A stretch of DNA of 64,000 nucleotides, from positions 27,781 through 91,780 of the forward strand of contig MU626336.1 in assembly GCA_025603075.1 (NCBI GenBank), in the 5' to 3' direction. Below, piece by piece: positions 41,569 to 52,393 of this stretch. The stretch comes from Neoconidiobolus thromboides FSU 785. Taxonomy: Eukaryota > Fungi > Entomophthoromycota. Within the stretch, counting starts at the first letter, position 1; the number at the start of each line of letters is the position of its first letter. Below the pieces are notes generated by a model, which made no database searches, was not told where the DNA came from, and saw only the letters and a program-made list of their open reading frames with translations. Position numbers and translations under genes: made by a program.

Positions 41569-43078
41569 TTAACTTTCAATATTAGTTTGTATGATACCGT
41601 ATTGACCATTTGTTCTCCAACCTTTATCAATGGAATCCAATTCTTTTATTCTATTGCTATCGATTCCAGGCAAAAGTTCACTTTTACACGTTTTTAAAGC
41701 CACAATAAAAGGCAGCTTTTTGTTATCAAATTTTGCATTTAAAGGCCCAATAGCTTTATGAAATTTAGTTGCAGACTCCCATTTACCATCCCCAATTAAT
41801 TTTCTATAGTTTAAATCTCCTTTGAATACAATCATATCTGACGCTGCAAGTTTTTGATATAGATTAGGTGCTTCATAAGGTAAATGCCAAAAAGTATAAG
41901 GCGAGGTCCAAAACCAATCGGTCTCATAGTTTAATTTACCATTACGAAGGTAACGCATCCACCTTGTGGCAAGTATTTGTAATTCAACGTTACTGTCATT
42001 TAAACAATACTCTAATATCCACTTTAAGTCTGGTAATGTGGTATCTGACACAAACCAAGGTATTGTTTTACCGTGGAAATATACTTTAGAAGCATACCCT
42101 TTTTGAAGTAAATAATCCGCAAATAACAAATCAGTGAATAACTCAAAGCCTGATAAAATTATAAATACAAGTGAATGTTAGTGTTAATAAATATTACCTG
42201 AATTATCTAAAACTATATCTACTCTACCATTAGATAATTTTGATGCCTTAGACCAAACTGCTTCTTGATGGTTAACAGCTATATTTTTCTCCATATTTTT
42301 AATAGCTTCAAGATCCATGCTAAGCACTTTATTGATATCGGAACTCTGAACATTTACAAAAAAAGCCAAATCGGATTTGTTACCCCATAAACAGATATGT
42401 AACATATTTAAAAAGGTCTCTTTTTCATTACTTTGGCTTAAATTAAACAATGTGTCACAGTTCTTTGCTATTACTCTTACTTCATCTAAACAAGATCTAA
42501 ATGAACTTTTTTTTGAAATTTCAAATGCATCTACTGCTTCCCATCTAGAAAAATTAGACATAATTCCACTGATTGAGCGGTAAATTAGACATTCTGAAAA
42601 CATCATACTGGCATCTAAATAACTAATACTTTGACCTGAAGCCTCCTCATATAACCTTTTGTTCCATACGCCTAAATCGGGAATTTTATCCTCAAGTTGC
42701 CTATTTATCAGTAATATTATAAGGTTGTCATTTGTTTTGAAAGAGCCGTTACCTTATTTCCTTGTTATTCATTAGTTCATATTTCAATCTTAATAACTTT
42801 TCAACAACTTGCTGGCCTTGTTCAAACTTTAGTGGATCATCTTTTTTTGATTCATTACTTATGGCTTCTAAATGTTCTATAACAGTATCAATTGATTTAG
42901 GGGTACGTTCACACATTGTATAGTGGGTATAAGATCCAGGTTTTCCAGTAGCTAAGACATTGACCGGGGGTAAATGAAGGGTAGAAATGGAACGTAAACT
43001 AGTTAAAGTTGGTGATAATATCCAATTTATTGAATAAAAATGGGAAGTTTTTGTAACTAAAGGTCTCAATCTAAGCAT
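41569..43078 (-). CDS. ARMT1: DUF89/ARMT1 damage-control phosphatase; multi-exon
   Basis: LWGNKSDL, VDIVLDNSGFELFTDLLFADYL, HGKTIPWFVSD, FKGDLNYRKLIGD, LKTCKSE. Confidence 0.9.
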
Positions 43079-43592
43079 TGTAGTTTAACAAGTAAAAATA
43101 AAAAAGAAAGTAGTTCTATGATATAGGTGAAGTGACATGGTTCATTTTATCAGTTAAAAATTTCATTAAGGTTGTAAGGATTGTCTCCAATCATATTTAA
43201 AAGGAATTATATAATTTTTTGACCCATATAAATTAATACTTTATTAATAAATTTATAAGAATAAATTTATAATTAAAAGAATTTAAATAACAACCAATTT
43301 ATTATAAGTGGAAATGGTAAAATTAAAATAATAATATGAATACTATTTTATAGTATAGTCAAAACACATAAGAATACAAAAAATCAACTTCATTTTTGAT
43401 ATTTGTTTTTTTAACAAAGTACAAGTTCATTTTTTAAATAAGACATATTATCGTGTGAATGGGGGAGGTTTATTTTTCAACTTCTATAAAATATTAGCTT
43501 TAAAACCCAGTGCTATTCAATTCCGTAGAGTAAAACACGAATTATAGAGAAGATGATGCATCAACTGATGAAAATGTTAATAGATAAGATAT

Positions 43593-43600
43593 GATTGGGC
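43593..43600 (-). promoter_or_regulatory. Reverse CCAAT box (GATTGGGC), 97 bp before the b5-ACAD ATG
   Basis: Consensus match and shared spacing. Confidence 0.5.
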
Positions 43601-43690
43601 TAAACAATCAAAATCTAGGGGGAGTTGATCTAATCAAACTATAAAACGCAATAAAAATCAAATCTATTATTTTACTAAATTATTTTAAAA

Positions 43691-45271
43691 ATGGGAGACT
43701 TTAAAACGATCACAATTAACGAAGTACAAAAGCATAATAAAGAAGATGACATTTGGATTATTGTTGAAGGCAAAGTATTTGACGTGACCAAATTTTTAGA
43801 GTTACATCCAGGTGGTAAAACTATCTTATTAAAGGTAGCAGGTACTGACGCTACCAAGCAGTTCAATACTTTTCACTCAAAAAAAGTACTTGAAAAATAT
43901 ATTCCCAAACTTTGCATTGGACAAGTTGAAACTAAAGGGACTGAAAAACAAGATAAAGCCAACCATTTATCTGAAAACGCTTTTGGTGATATGGTACCTT
44001 TCGGCGACCCAAGTTGGTACCAAGATTGGAACTCACCTTATTATAATGAGTCCCATCGTAAATTACGTAAAGCTGTTCGTGAGTTTGTCGATAGAGAAAT
44101 TATGCCAAATGTCCATGAATGGGCTGAAGCCAATTCAGTTCCAAAAGAAGTTTTAACAAGATGCAGTAAATTAGGCATTGCTTCTGCTTTCTGTGGTAAA
44201 ACCGTAGTTCAAAGACATCAAAAAGAACCTGTGATGGGTATTGTTGAACCCAAAGATTTCGATGCCTTCCATAGTTTTATTGTATTAGATGAGTTTTCAA
44301 GATGTGGTAGTGGAGGTTTAACCTGGGCTCTCAATGGTGGTATGGCTATTGGACTTCCCCCAGTTGTATATTTTGGTTCAAAAGAACTTCAAGATAAAAT
44401 TGTTCAACCTTGCTTAAGAGGTGAAAAATTCATGTCATTAGCTGTCACTGAACCTTATGCTGGCTCCGACGTAGCTAACCTCCAATGTAGTGCTAAACGT
44501 ACCCCAGATGGTAAACATTATATTGTTAATGGTGAAAAGAAATGGATTACCAACGGTACCTTTGCTGACTATTTTACTGTTGCTGTACGCACTAGTGATA
44601 AGCCAGGTATGGAAGGTATCTCTTTATTATTGTTAGAAAGAAATATGCCAGGATTAGATACACGTCAAATGAAGTGTACTGGTGTATGGGGATCAGGTAC
44701 CGCCTTTGTAAACTTCAACAATGTCAAAGTACCAGTTGAAAATTTAATTGGGGAAGAGAACAAAGGGTTCAGGTATATCATGTTTAACTTTAATAATGAG
44801 CGTTTAGGCTTAGTTTATCAAGCAAATCGATTTGCTAGAGTTTGCTATGAAGAGGCATTTAAATATGCCCATCAACGTAAAACTTTTGGAAAGAGACTTG
44901 TTGACCATGCTGTAATTCGTAATAAATTGGCACATATGGCTCGTAACATTGAAGCTACTCATCATTGGATAGAAGCTACTATTCATCAATTTGACACTTT
45001 TAGTCCAAAAAAACAAGCTACCGATTTAGCTGGACCAATTGCTCTTTTAAAAGCTCAAGCTACACAAACTTTTGCTCTTTGTGCTACTGAAGCTACTCAA
45101 ATCTTTGGTGGTTTAGCTTATACTCGTGGAGGTAGAGCAGAAAAAGTTGAAAGATTATATCGTGATGTACGTGCTATGACTATTCCAGGAGGATCTGAAG
45201 AAATCATGTTGGATTTAGGTATTCGTCAATCTATGAAGTTAGCACAGCTCAACAAAGCTAATCTTTTATAA
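43691..45271 (+). CDS. Acyl-CoA dehydrogenase with N-terminal cytochrome b5 domain, intronless
   Basis: b5 HPGG...FNTFHS heme ligands; ACAD LAVTEPYAGSDVA, NGEKKWITNG, FNNERL, QIFGG, IPGGSEEIM. Confidence 0.95.
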   Translation: MGDFKTITINEVQKHNKEDDIWIIVEGKVFDVTKFLELHPGGKTILLKVAGTDATKQFNTFHSKKVLEKYIPKLCIGQVETKGTEKQDKANHLSENAFGDMVPFGDPSWYQDWNSPYYNESHRKLRKAVREFVDREIMPNVHEWAEANSVPKEVLTRCSKLGIASAFCGKTVVQRHQKEPVMGIVEPKDFDAFHSFIVLDEFSRCGSGGLTWALNGGMAIGLPPVVYFGSKELQDKIVQPCLRGEKFMSLAVTEPYAGSDVANLQCSAKRTPDGKHYIVNGEKKWITNGTFADYFTVAVRTSDKPGMEGISLLLLERNMPGLDTRQMKCTGVWGSGTAFVNFNNVKVPVENLIGEENKGFRYIMFNFNNERLGLVYQANRFARVCYEEAFKYAHQRKTFGKRLVDHAVIRNKLAHMARNIEATHHWIEATIHQFDTFSPKKQATDLAGPIALLKAQATQTFALCATEATQIFGGLAYTRGGRAEKVERLYRDVRAMTIPGGSEEIMLDLGIRQSMKLAQLNKANLL

Positions 45272-45594
45272 TCTACTCAGATTCTATTTATCATTAAATT
45301 AAGACTTTATTGATTTTTTACAAGTCGTTAATGTTATAATTTTTATTTTATTTAAATATAAAATGCTATTTAATGCTATTGTATTCCTTATAAAAAGCGT
45401 TATTACATGATCAAACCATTATTAGCTTGGTTTGATTTAACTTTATTTTAGGTTTATTAAAATAACTATTTTAAATTTTCTTCACCAGAAAATAAACATC
45501 TAAAAATTTAAAAATTAACATTCAAAATTAGCAACAATTTATCAGTTTGATGAATTAAAAGCTGTCCATTTTCATTTCCAAATGAACTCTATAT

Positions 45595-45690
45595 GGGGAT
45601 GTTTTCCTGGTTCATTACTTTCTCCGTTTTTAAGCCCTATTTGAGCAGAAAGATTGCTAATAAAATTCTTAAACACAAAAATAAACTCTC
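45595..45690 (+). mobile_element. ~96-bp MITE family, copy 7
   Basis: GGGGATGTTTT...AAAATAAACTCTC with ATAT on both sides. Confidence 0.85.
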
Positions 45691-47296
45691 ATATTTTATT
45701 TAATATTAAATATAGGTTATAAACATATATCTAAATCGAACAGATATATAAAAAATATTGAGTTTTCATTTATAATTACAACAGTAGATAATTTTGACTC
45801 AAACTATCAAATTTATGTAGCTTTTTCCATAGTGCATTAGAAAAGCGATACACTAAATGAGACAACATTAAATTTTAATATTTGAAATTATTATACATTA
45901 TTTTAATTCAACTTATACTATTAAAATAACTAAAATATGATTTATCTTAATATTAAAAAATATTACGACAGTGGAGTTGCAATCGAGGGATATTATAATA
46001 TCATAATTACCCCAATAGTTCTTAAAATACTAATATTTTGAGATAATATTATTTAATAAATATTTGAACATTAAAATTTTATTTTTAGCTGGATAATATC
46101 AATTATTAAATATTATGTCATTATATATAATACTACTCAATAGAAATTTATTATTTATTATAAGTTGTTTTTGAATTACGCTTAAACATATTAAAATGTT
46201 AATCTAATTTGAAATGATTTTATATAGTTAAATAAAATTAAAAATATTAACTACTCAAGAAAATGTACATAGTCTATTACTCATTATTTATTTATTTTTA
46301 ACATTGTGATCTTTGAAATGAAAGGCTTGTTTTTACTTATAAATGTATTATATATTATAAATATCAATTGTAAATTTTATATGATACTATTGTTTAACTT
46401 TAATTTTTTTTTAAATATTTATTAAAACACCAAACTTTTTTAGACTTTAGAAAGTGTAATAAACATTCCTTATAAAGCTTAATAAAAGTCCAATTTGGGT
46501 TAAGATCAATAACTAAAAGTGGCCTTTAGCGTATTTTATTATACTATACTTAAAAAGCCCCTTCTTATTCTTATTTTTAAGGATCAAATAATTATATATA
46601 AGATATATATTAATACCCTTAAAAAATAAGTAATATTAAAGCTGATTAATTAATGCCATAAGGCCTTGAGCTAAATATTCATTGTTCAAATTTACCCCGC
46701 ACAAAATAATATCCTTTTATTTCATCCGTTATATGACCTTTAGTCATATTGGATATCATATTTAAGCCTTTTTCTAAAACTAATTAATATATTGAATTTA
46801 GGGCCATTTAGCTTGTTTTTAATACACAGATAATGTAAGTCAGAATAATTCTTATTTAAACGAGTTAATGCTTACTTAAGCATTAAATAAAATAGTATTA
46901 AGGAGTCAGCAATTAATTGAATAAATTACGCCGCTTCCCCATTCTATTTCTAATTATGTACTAAGCTAATATTTCTACCCCTAGCGTAGAGTAAACTTGA
47001 TAGGTTAAGTTAACTTTAAAGTAAAAAATTATTCTAGCCTATGTTAGAGTATTTGGGCACATAAAATTCTAGGCTCCCACCCTTTAAATTACACTAAATT
47101 TAACATAATTATGTAACATGCAAATCATTTGGTCGATTGATTTGGCACCCATAAAACAAAATGAATAAATCAATTTGTACTCTGATAATTAGCTAAGGAT
47201 AATGGCACAAAGCATTGATATCAAATCAATATAAATAATCAACAAATTTCTTTTTCGAATCATTTCTTTAAATTAATCTAACAACAATAAATCATC

Positions 47297-49789
47297 ATGA
47301 CTCAATCGTCTGGTATTCTAGCTGGTGCGAATCCAATAGCATTTGATGCTACTAATCCATTACCATTGTTTATTATTCAAATGTTGATTATATTAATCAC
47401 TTGTCGATTAATAAAATTTATACTAACACCACTTAAACAACCAAGTGTAATTGCCGAAATTATTGGTGGTATTATACTTGGTCCTACTGCTATGGGTCGT
47501 ATTCCAGGCTACATGAATGCTATCTTTCCAAAAGAGTCTTTACCTTTTTTAAATCTGGTGTCAAACTTTGGTTTAGTATTATTTTTATTTTTAGTAGGAC
47601 TTGAATTAGATCCAAGAATGATAAAAAAGAGTATCCGAAAAAGTATCTTAATCTCATTAGCTGGCATGGCTTTGCCATTTGGAGTTGGTGCTGCTGTATC
47701 TTATGGTCTATTTCATCTTATTGAACCTAGTGATAACACTACCGCTTTTTCCACCTATTTATTATTTTTAGGTGTTGCTATGTCAATTACCGCCTTCCCT
47801 GTTTTGGCGCGTATCCTTACTGAATTAGATCTATTGAAAACACCAGTTGGAAGTATTACTATCTCAGCAGCTGCTGTAGATGATGCTACTTCATGGTGTC
47901 TTTTAGCTTTAGTCATCTCATTAATTAATGCTGGTTCCGGTATCAATGCTCTATATGTATTCCTTATGGGAATCGGATATACTTTGATTTTAATTTTTCT
48001 TATAAGACCCGTTTTTATTATTATTATAAGAAGATGTGGTGCCTTTGAAGGAAGTATCTCCCATTTTGTGGTTTTCTTGACATTATCCTTAGTATTTTTT
48101 AGCGCTTTTATTACGGATATGATTGGTATTCATGCCATTTTTGGAGGATTCATAACCGGTGTAATTATGCCTCATCAAGGAGGATTTGCTAGACATATTA
48201 CTGAAAAAATTGAAGATATGGTTATTGTTTTGCTTTTACCACTTTATTTTACACTCTCCGGATTAAAAACCCAAATAGGAGTTTTAGATGATGGTGTTGC
48301 TTGGGGAATGGTATTTTTGGTTATTTTTACTGCTTGTGTAGGAAAAATTACTGGATGTACTATTGCTGCACGTTTTTCCAATTTACAATGGAGAGAATCT
48401 TTTGCTGTTGGTATACTTATGAATTGTAAAGGGTTAGTTGAACTCATCGTCCTCAATATCGGATTAGACTCTAAAGTAATTTCCCAAAAAACTTTTGTAA
48501 TTATGGTAATTATGGCTTTAGTTACCACCTTTTTAACTGTACCACTCATAACCTTTGTTTATCCTAAATCTTATTATAATCAAATTTCAGGAAGCTCAGA
48601 AGAAGGTAAAAACCCAGCTGCTGAGTTGACTTCAGATACAACATATTATAATAAGGTCCTTGTGTGTTTAAACAAACTTGAACACGTCCCAGCTTTAATG
48701 ACAATGGTCAAATTGCTTCAATCCACTCCAGAGCCAGTTAAAATGGTAGATAATGTTTCGTCACCAGCTCAAGGAACATCTAAACTTCCAGTATTGAATG
48801 TAACAGCATTGCGTTTAATTGAACTTTCAGATCGTAATTCAAGTATTATGCTTCATTCCGATTCCGAAATGACCATGAGGAATGATCCCGCTATCAATGT
48901 CTTCAAGACTTTTGGACATTTGACAGCAATCGGTGTCAGAAGCATTTTAAGAGTGGTCAACCCCTCTCAATTTGCTGAAACCATTTCTTCAGTATCAAGG
49001 GATCAACAATCTGATTTAATTTTGTTACCATGGGGCGGAAGTGGAACTATTATTGACAACTCATCAGACACACCGTTAGAAAAATTGTTCAACTCTGAAA
49101 CGAAAGAAAATAACTATACTTCGATACAACACTCATCATTCATACGTGATGTATTTAGAACAGCTTTAAGTAGAGTTGGTGTTCTTATTGATAGAGGTCT
49201 TAACTCAACTCAAACTGTAACTGCAGCTAATTCAGTCAGCTCGCTTGAGCAACTTTCATCTGTTTCCCATAGGATCTTTTTACCTTTCTTTGGAGGAAAA
49301 GATGATCGTGCTGCACTTGACTTGATGATGTTGATTTCTTATCAAACAGCAGCCCAAATTATAATTGTAAGATATAAATCAAAAACCAACGACATTAAGA
49401 ATGAGAACGAGGCTCAATTATTGAGCCAAGAGACATTCATAGCTGGTGCTTCTGGTCAAGAAGATATACTCTTATCTGAAAAAGAAGACGAAAGGATACT
49501 AAATAGCTATTTTGGTTCTAATCAAACTAATCCTATTCGTCCTAATATTACTTATTCAGAAGTTAACTCAAGTATGCCCCTTGCTTCTGTAGTTGAAAGT
49601 ATTCAAGACTTTACTGGAAAGGATCTTATCTTGGTAGGTCGTAATAAGGTCGCAACAATCAATTCATTATATGGTAGTGAAGTTAAGAGAATTGATAACC
49701 ATCGTCGTAAAGTTCTTGGTGATATTGCTGAATCTATAATATTATCAAACTCCCATGCCTCAGTGCTTGTAGTTCAAGAAAGAAAGTAA
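47297..49789 (+). CDS. KHA1: K+/H+ antiporter (CPA2, Kha1/CHX-like), paralogue A, intronless
   Basis: QPSVIAEIIGGIILGPT, SITAFPVLARILTE, AAAVDDA, GIHAIFGGF, LPLYFTLSGL, MNCKGLVELIVLNIG, cytosolic FFGGKDDRAAL. Confidence 0.93.
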   Translation: MTQSSGILAGANPIAFDATNPLPLFIIQMLIILITCRLIKFILTPLKQPSVIAEIIGGIILGPTAMGRIPGYMNAIFPKESLPFLNLVSNFGLVLFLFLVGLELDPRMIKKSIRKSILISLAGMALPFGVGAAVSYGLFHLIEPSDNTTAFSTYLLFLGVAMSITAFPVLARILTELDLLKTPVGSITISAAAVDDATSWCLLALVISLINAGSGINALYVFLMGIGYTLILIFLIRPVFIIIIRRCGAFEGSISHFVVFLTLSLVFFSAFITDMIGIHAIFGGFITGVIMPHQGGFARHITEKIEDMVIVLLLPLYFTLSGLKTQIGVLDDGVAWGMVFLVIFTACVGKITGCTIAARFSNLQWRESFAVGILMNCKGLVELIVLNIGLDSKVISQKTFVIMVIMALVTTFLTVPLITFVYPKSYYNQISGSSEEGKNPAAELTSDTTYYNKVLVCLNKLEHVPALMTMVKLLQSTPEPVKMVDNVSSPAQGTSKLPVLNVTALRLIELSDRNSSIMLHSDSEMTMRNDPAINVFKTFGHLTAIGVRSILRVVNPSQFAETISSVSRDQQSDLILLPWGGSGTIIDNSSDTPLEKLFNSETKENNYTSIQHSSFIRDVFRTALSRVGVLIDRGLNSTQTVTAANSVSSLEQLSSVSHRIFLPFFGGKDDRAALDLMMLISYQTAAQIIIVRYKSKTNDIKNENEAQLLSQETFIAGASGQEDILLSEKEDERILNSYFGSNQTNPIRPNITYSEVNSSMPLASVVESIQDFTGKDLILVGRNKVATINSLYGSEVKRIDNHRRKVLGDIAESIILSNSHASVLVVQERK

Positions 49790-49903
49790 ATACATAATTT
49801 TTTAAAATCCTTCTTATATTTAATAAAAGTAATATTTTGCTTATTAGTTTGATTTTTAATTTTAACAAGTTTTATTATTTATGATTACAATCAAGTTTTT
49901 AGT

Positions 49904-52393
49904 TTATAAAAATGATGATTCTTGTACAACAAGTATAGATGTAGAACAAGAAGATAAAAGTATGGATTCAGCAACATCTCCTAAAACTTTACGGCGCTCA
50001 TTGTCTACTCTATTGACTTCAGAACCATATAAATTATTTAAAGATCCTAATTTACTTCTTCCTACTAAAACAAGATCTTTGCGAGATAAATGAGATAAAT
50101 CTTCAATGGCAGAAGCAATTGGAGCTGTAGATTTGATTTCAGTATATTGAACTTTTCCTAAGTAAGAACTATCTCTTTGAACCCCGAAGTATCTGTTTAG
50201 CATAAATTCATCAGCTTGGACAGATTGTAGGATATCCTGAGTTGTAGTTGCAGGCATATGAGTTTCATGGAAGCCAGCTTTGGACATGTCAGCACTATTT
50301 TCATTATCAGCATTAACATATCTAGCAACAGTTAATTTTACTTTAGAATGTTCAACAAAAGACACTAATAATTCTAAAGCTGCTCTATCATCTTTTCCAC
50401 CAAAGAAAGGTAAATACACATGAGTATTTTCTTCAACTATTGGTCTTCTAAAGGAATGTGTCGATTCTTTTCTAGCTATTTCATTAGTTGATACACCCAA
50501 TCCTCTATCAACAAGGACACCAACTTTGCAATTAGAAAGTCTAAATACATCACGAACAAAAGATGCATGATTTGAGGAGGTATGCATGCTTTCTTTGACT
50601 TGATTATTGAATAATTTTTCCAAAGGAGTATCTGAAGTATTATCAATGATAGTTCCACTACCGTTCCATGGTAATATAATAAGACCACTTGACTCCTCCT
50701 TAGCTACTCTATGAATTGTATTAGCGAAATCATCTGGTTTGACCACTCTTAAGAAAGCATTCACACCAACTGAAGTCAATTGACCAAATGCTTTAAATAC
50801 ATTAACGACTGGATCCATACGCATAGTGATAGCAGATTCTGAATGAAGCATCACACTAGAGTTACGATCTGATAATTCAATTAATCTTAATGCAGTTACT
50901 TCTAAAGTTGAAGCTTCAGTTTTTTCGGTACCTGCTTTTGACGTTACACTATTTGATTGACTTCCTTGGAATAATTGAACTATAGTCATGATTGCTGGAA
51001 CGTGCTCTAATTTGTTTAAACAAACTAAAATCCTGTTTGATATACCCGAATCTTGAGTTTCTCCAGAAAACTCTTCTCCAGATTCAATGGTTGCACCATT
51101 TTGTTTATAAAAAGAAGGTGGGTAAATGAAAGAGATTAATGGTACAGTTAAGAAGGTAGTAACTAAAGCCATAATCACCATAATAGCAAAAGTTTTTGGT
51201 GAAATTAATTTGGCATCAAGACCAAGGTTAAGAACAATAAGTTCAACTAAACCCTTACAATTCATAAGGACACCAACAGCTAAAGATTCTCTCCATTGTA
51301 ATTTAGAAAGACGTGCAGCTAAAAGACAACCTGTAATTTTTCCTACACAAGCAGTGAAAATAACTAATACTACAAGACCCCAAGCCACACCATCATCAAG
51401 AGTATCGATTTGAGTTCTGAGACCAGATAAAGTAAAGTATAAAGGTAGAAAGATTACAGTGATAAGATCTTCTAACTTTTCAGTGATATGACGTGCAAAT
51501 CCACCTTCATGAGGCATAATGACACCAGCGATAAATCCACCAAAAATGGCATGAATACCAATAGTATCAGTAATAAATGCAGATACAAAGACCAAAGTTA
51601 GAGTAATAAATACAATAAATTGAGATGGCCCATTTTCAAATGCTCCAGTACGTACACAAAGCTTAATGAATAAAGGACGAATAGCAAAGATAAGGATTAA
51701 GGTATAAGCAACACCTAAAAGGAAAACATATAATGCGGTCAAACCGGAACCAGCATTAATTAATGAGATGACTAAAGCTAAAAGACACCATGAAGTAGCA
51801 TCATCTACAGCAGCTGCTGAGATAGTAATACTTCCAACTGGTGTAGTTAAAAGATCTAATTCAGTAAGGATACGCGCCAAAACAGGGAAAGCAGTAATAG
51901 CCATAGCAACACCTAAGAATAGAAGATAAACACCGAAGGAAGCAGTTTTAGTTTCGGGCTCAGTAATGTTATAAAGAGCATAAGAGACGGCAGCACCACA
52001 ACCAAATGGAACAGCCATACCAGCTAATGAAATAACAAAACTTTTACGAATACTTTCTTTTAGCATACGAGGATCTAGTTCTAAACCTACTAAAAATAAA
52101 AATAAAACTAAACCAAAATTGGAAACGAGATTGATAAATGGTAATGAATCTTTTGGGAAAATGGCATCTTTAAAACCGGGGATTTTACCCATAGCAGTGG
52201 GACCAAGTATAATACCACCAATAATTTCGGCAATTACACTTGGTTGTTTAAGTGGGGATAATATAAATTTAATTAATCGACACATTAATATAATAATTAA
52301 CATTTGGATAATAAAAGTTGGTAAAGGATTTGCGGTTGTAAATACGAAGGGATTAGACCCAGCTAAAATACCAGCACCATGAGTAGCAGCCAT
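49904..52393 (-). CDS. KHA1: K+/H+ antiporter (CPA2, Kha1/CHX-like), paralogue B, intronless
   Basis: Same motifs as paralogue A over the full length; convergent with it. Confidence 0.93.
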   Translation of the reverse strand: MAATHGAGILAGSNPFVFTTANPLPTFIIQMLIIILMCRLIKFILSPLKQPSVIAEIIGGIILGPTAMGKIPGFKDAIFPKDSLPFINLVSNFGLVLFLFLVGLELDPRMLKESIRKSFVISLAGMAVPFGCGAAVSYALYNITEPETKTASFGVYLLFLGVAMAITAFPVLARILTELDLLTTPVGSITISAAAVDDATSWCLLALVISLINAGSGLTALYVFLLGVAYTLILIFAIRPLFIKLCVRTGAFENGPSQFIVFITLTLVFVSAFITDTIGIHAIFGGFIAGVIMPHEGGFARHITEKLEDLITVIFLPLYFTLSGLRTQIDTLDDGVAWGLVVLVIFTACVGKITGCLLAARLSKLQWRESLAVGVLMNCKGLVELIVLNLGLDAKLISPKTFAIMVIMALVTTFLTVPLISFIYPPSFYKQNGATIESGEEFSGETQDSGISNRILVCLNKLEHVPAIMTIVQLFQGSQSNSVTSKAGTEKTEASTLEVTALRLIELSDRNSSVMLHSESAITMRMDPVVNVFKAFGQLTSVGVNAFLRVVKPDDFANTIHRVAKEESSGLIILPWNGSGTIIDNTSDTPLEKLFNNQVKESMHTSSNHASFVRDVFRLSNCKVGVLVDRGLGVSTNEIARKESTHSFRRPIVEENTHVYLPFFGGKDDRAALELLVSFVEHSKVKLTVARYVNADNENSADMSKAGFHETHMPATTTQDILQSVQADEFMLNRYFGVQRDSSYLGKVQYTEIKSTAPIASAIEDLSHLSRKDLVLVGRSKLGSLNNLYGSEVNRVDNERRKVLGDVAESILLSSCSTSILVVQESSFL

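Noticed and set aside
21952-45271. Lipid-metabolism gene cluster (ELO, TLC, b5-ACAD)
   Set aside because: The genes are spread over 23 kb and interleaved with unrelated housekeeping genes.
47755-52382. Antisense ORFs within the antiporters, and similar ORFs over ESF2, SMAP, DDT, NRAMP, kinesin and ACAD
   Set aside because: Shadow frames of biased coding sequence with no independent motifs.
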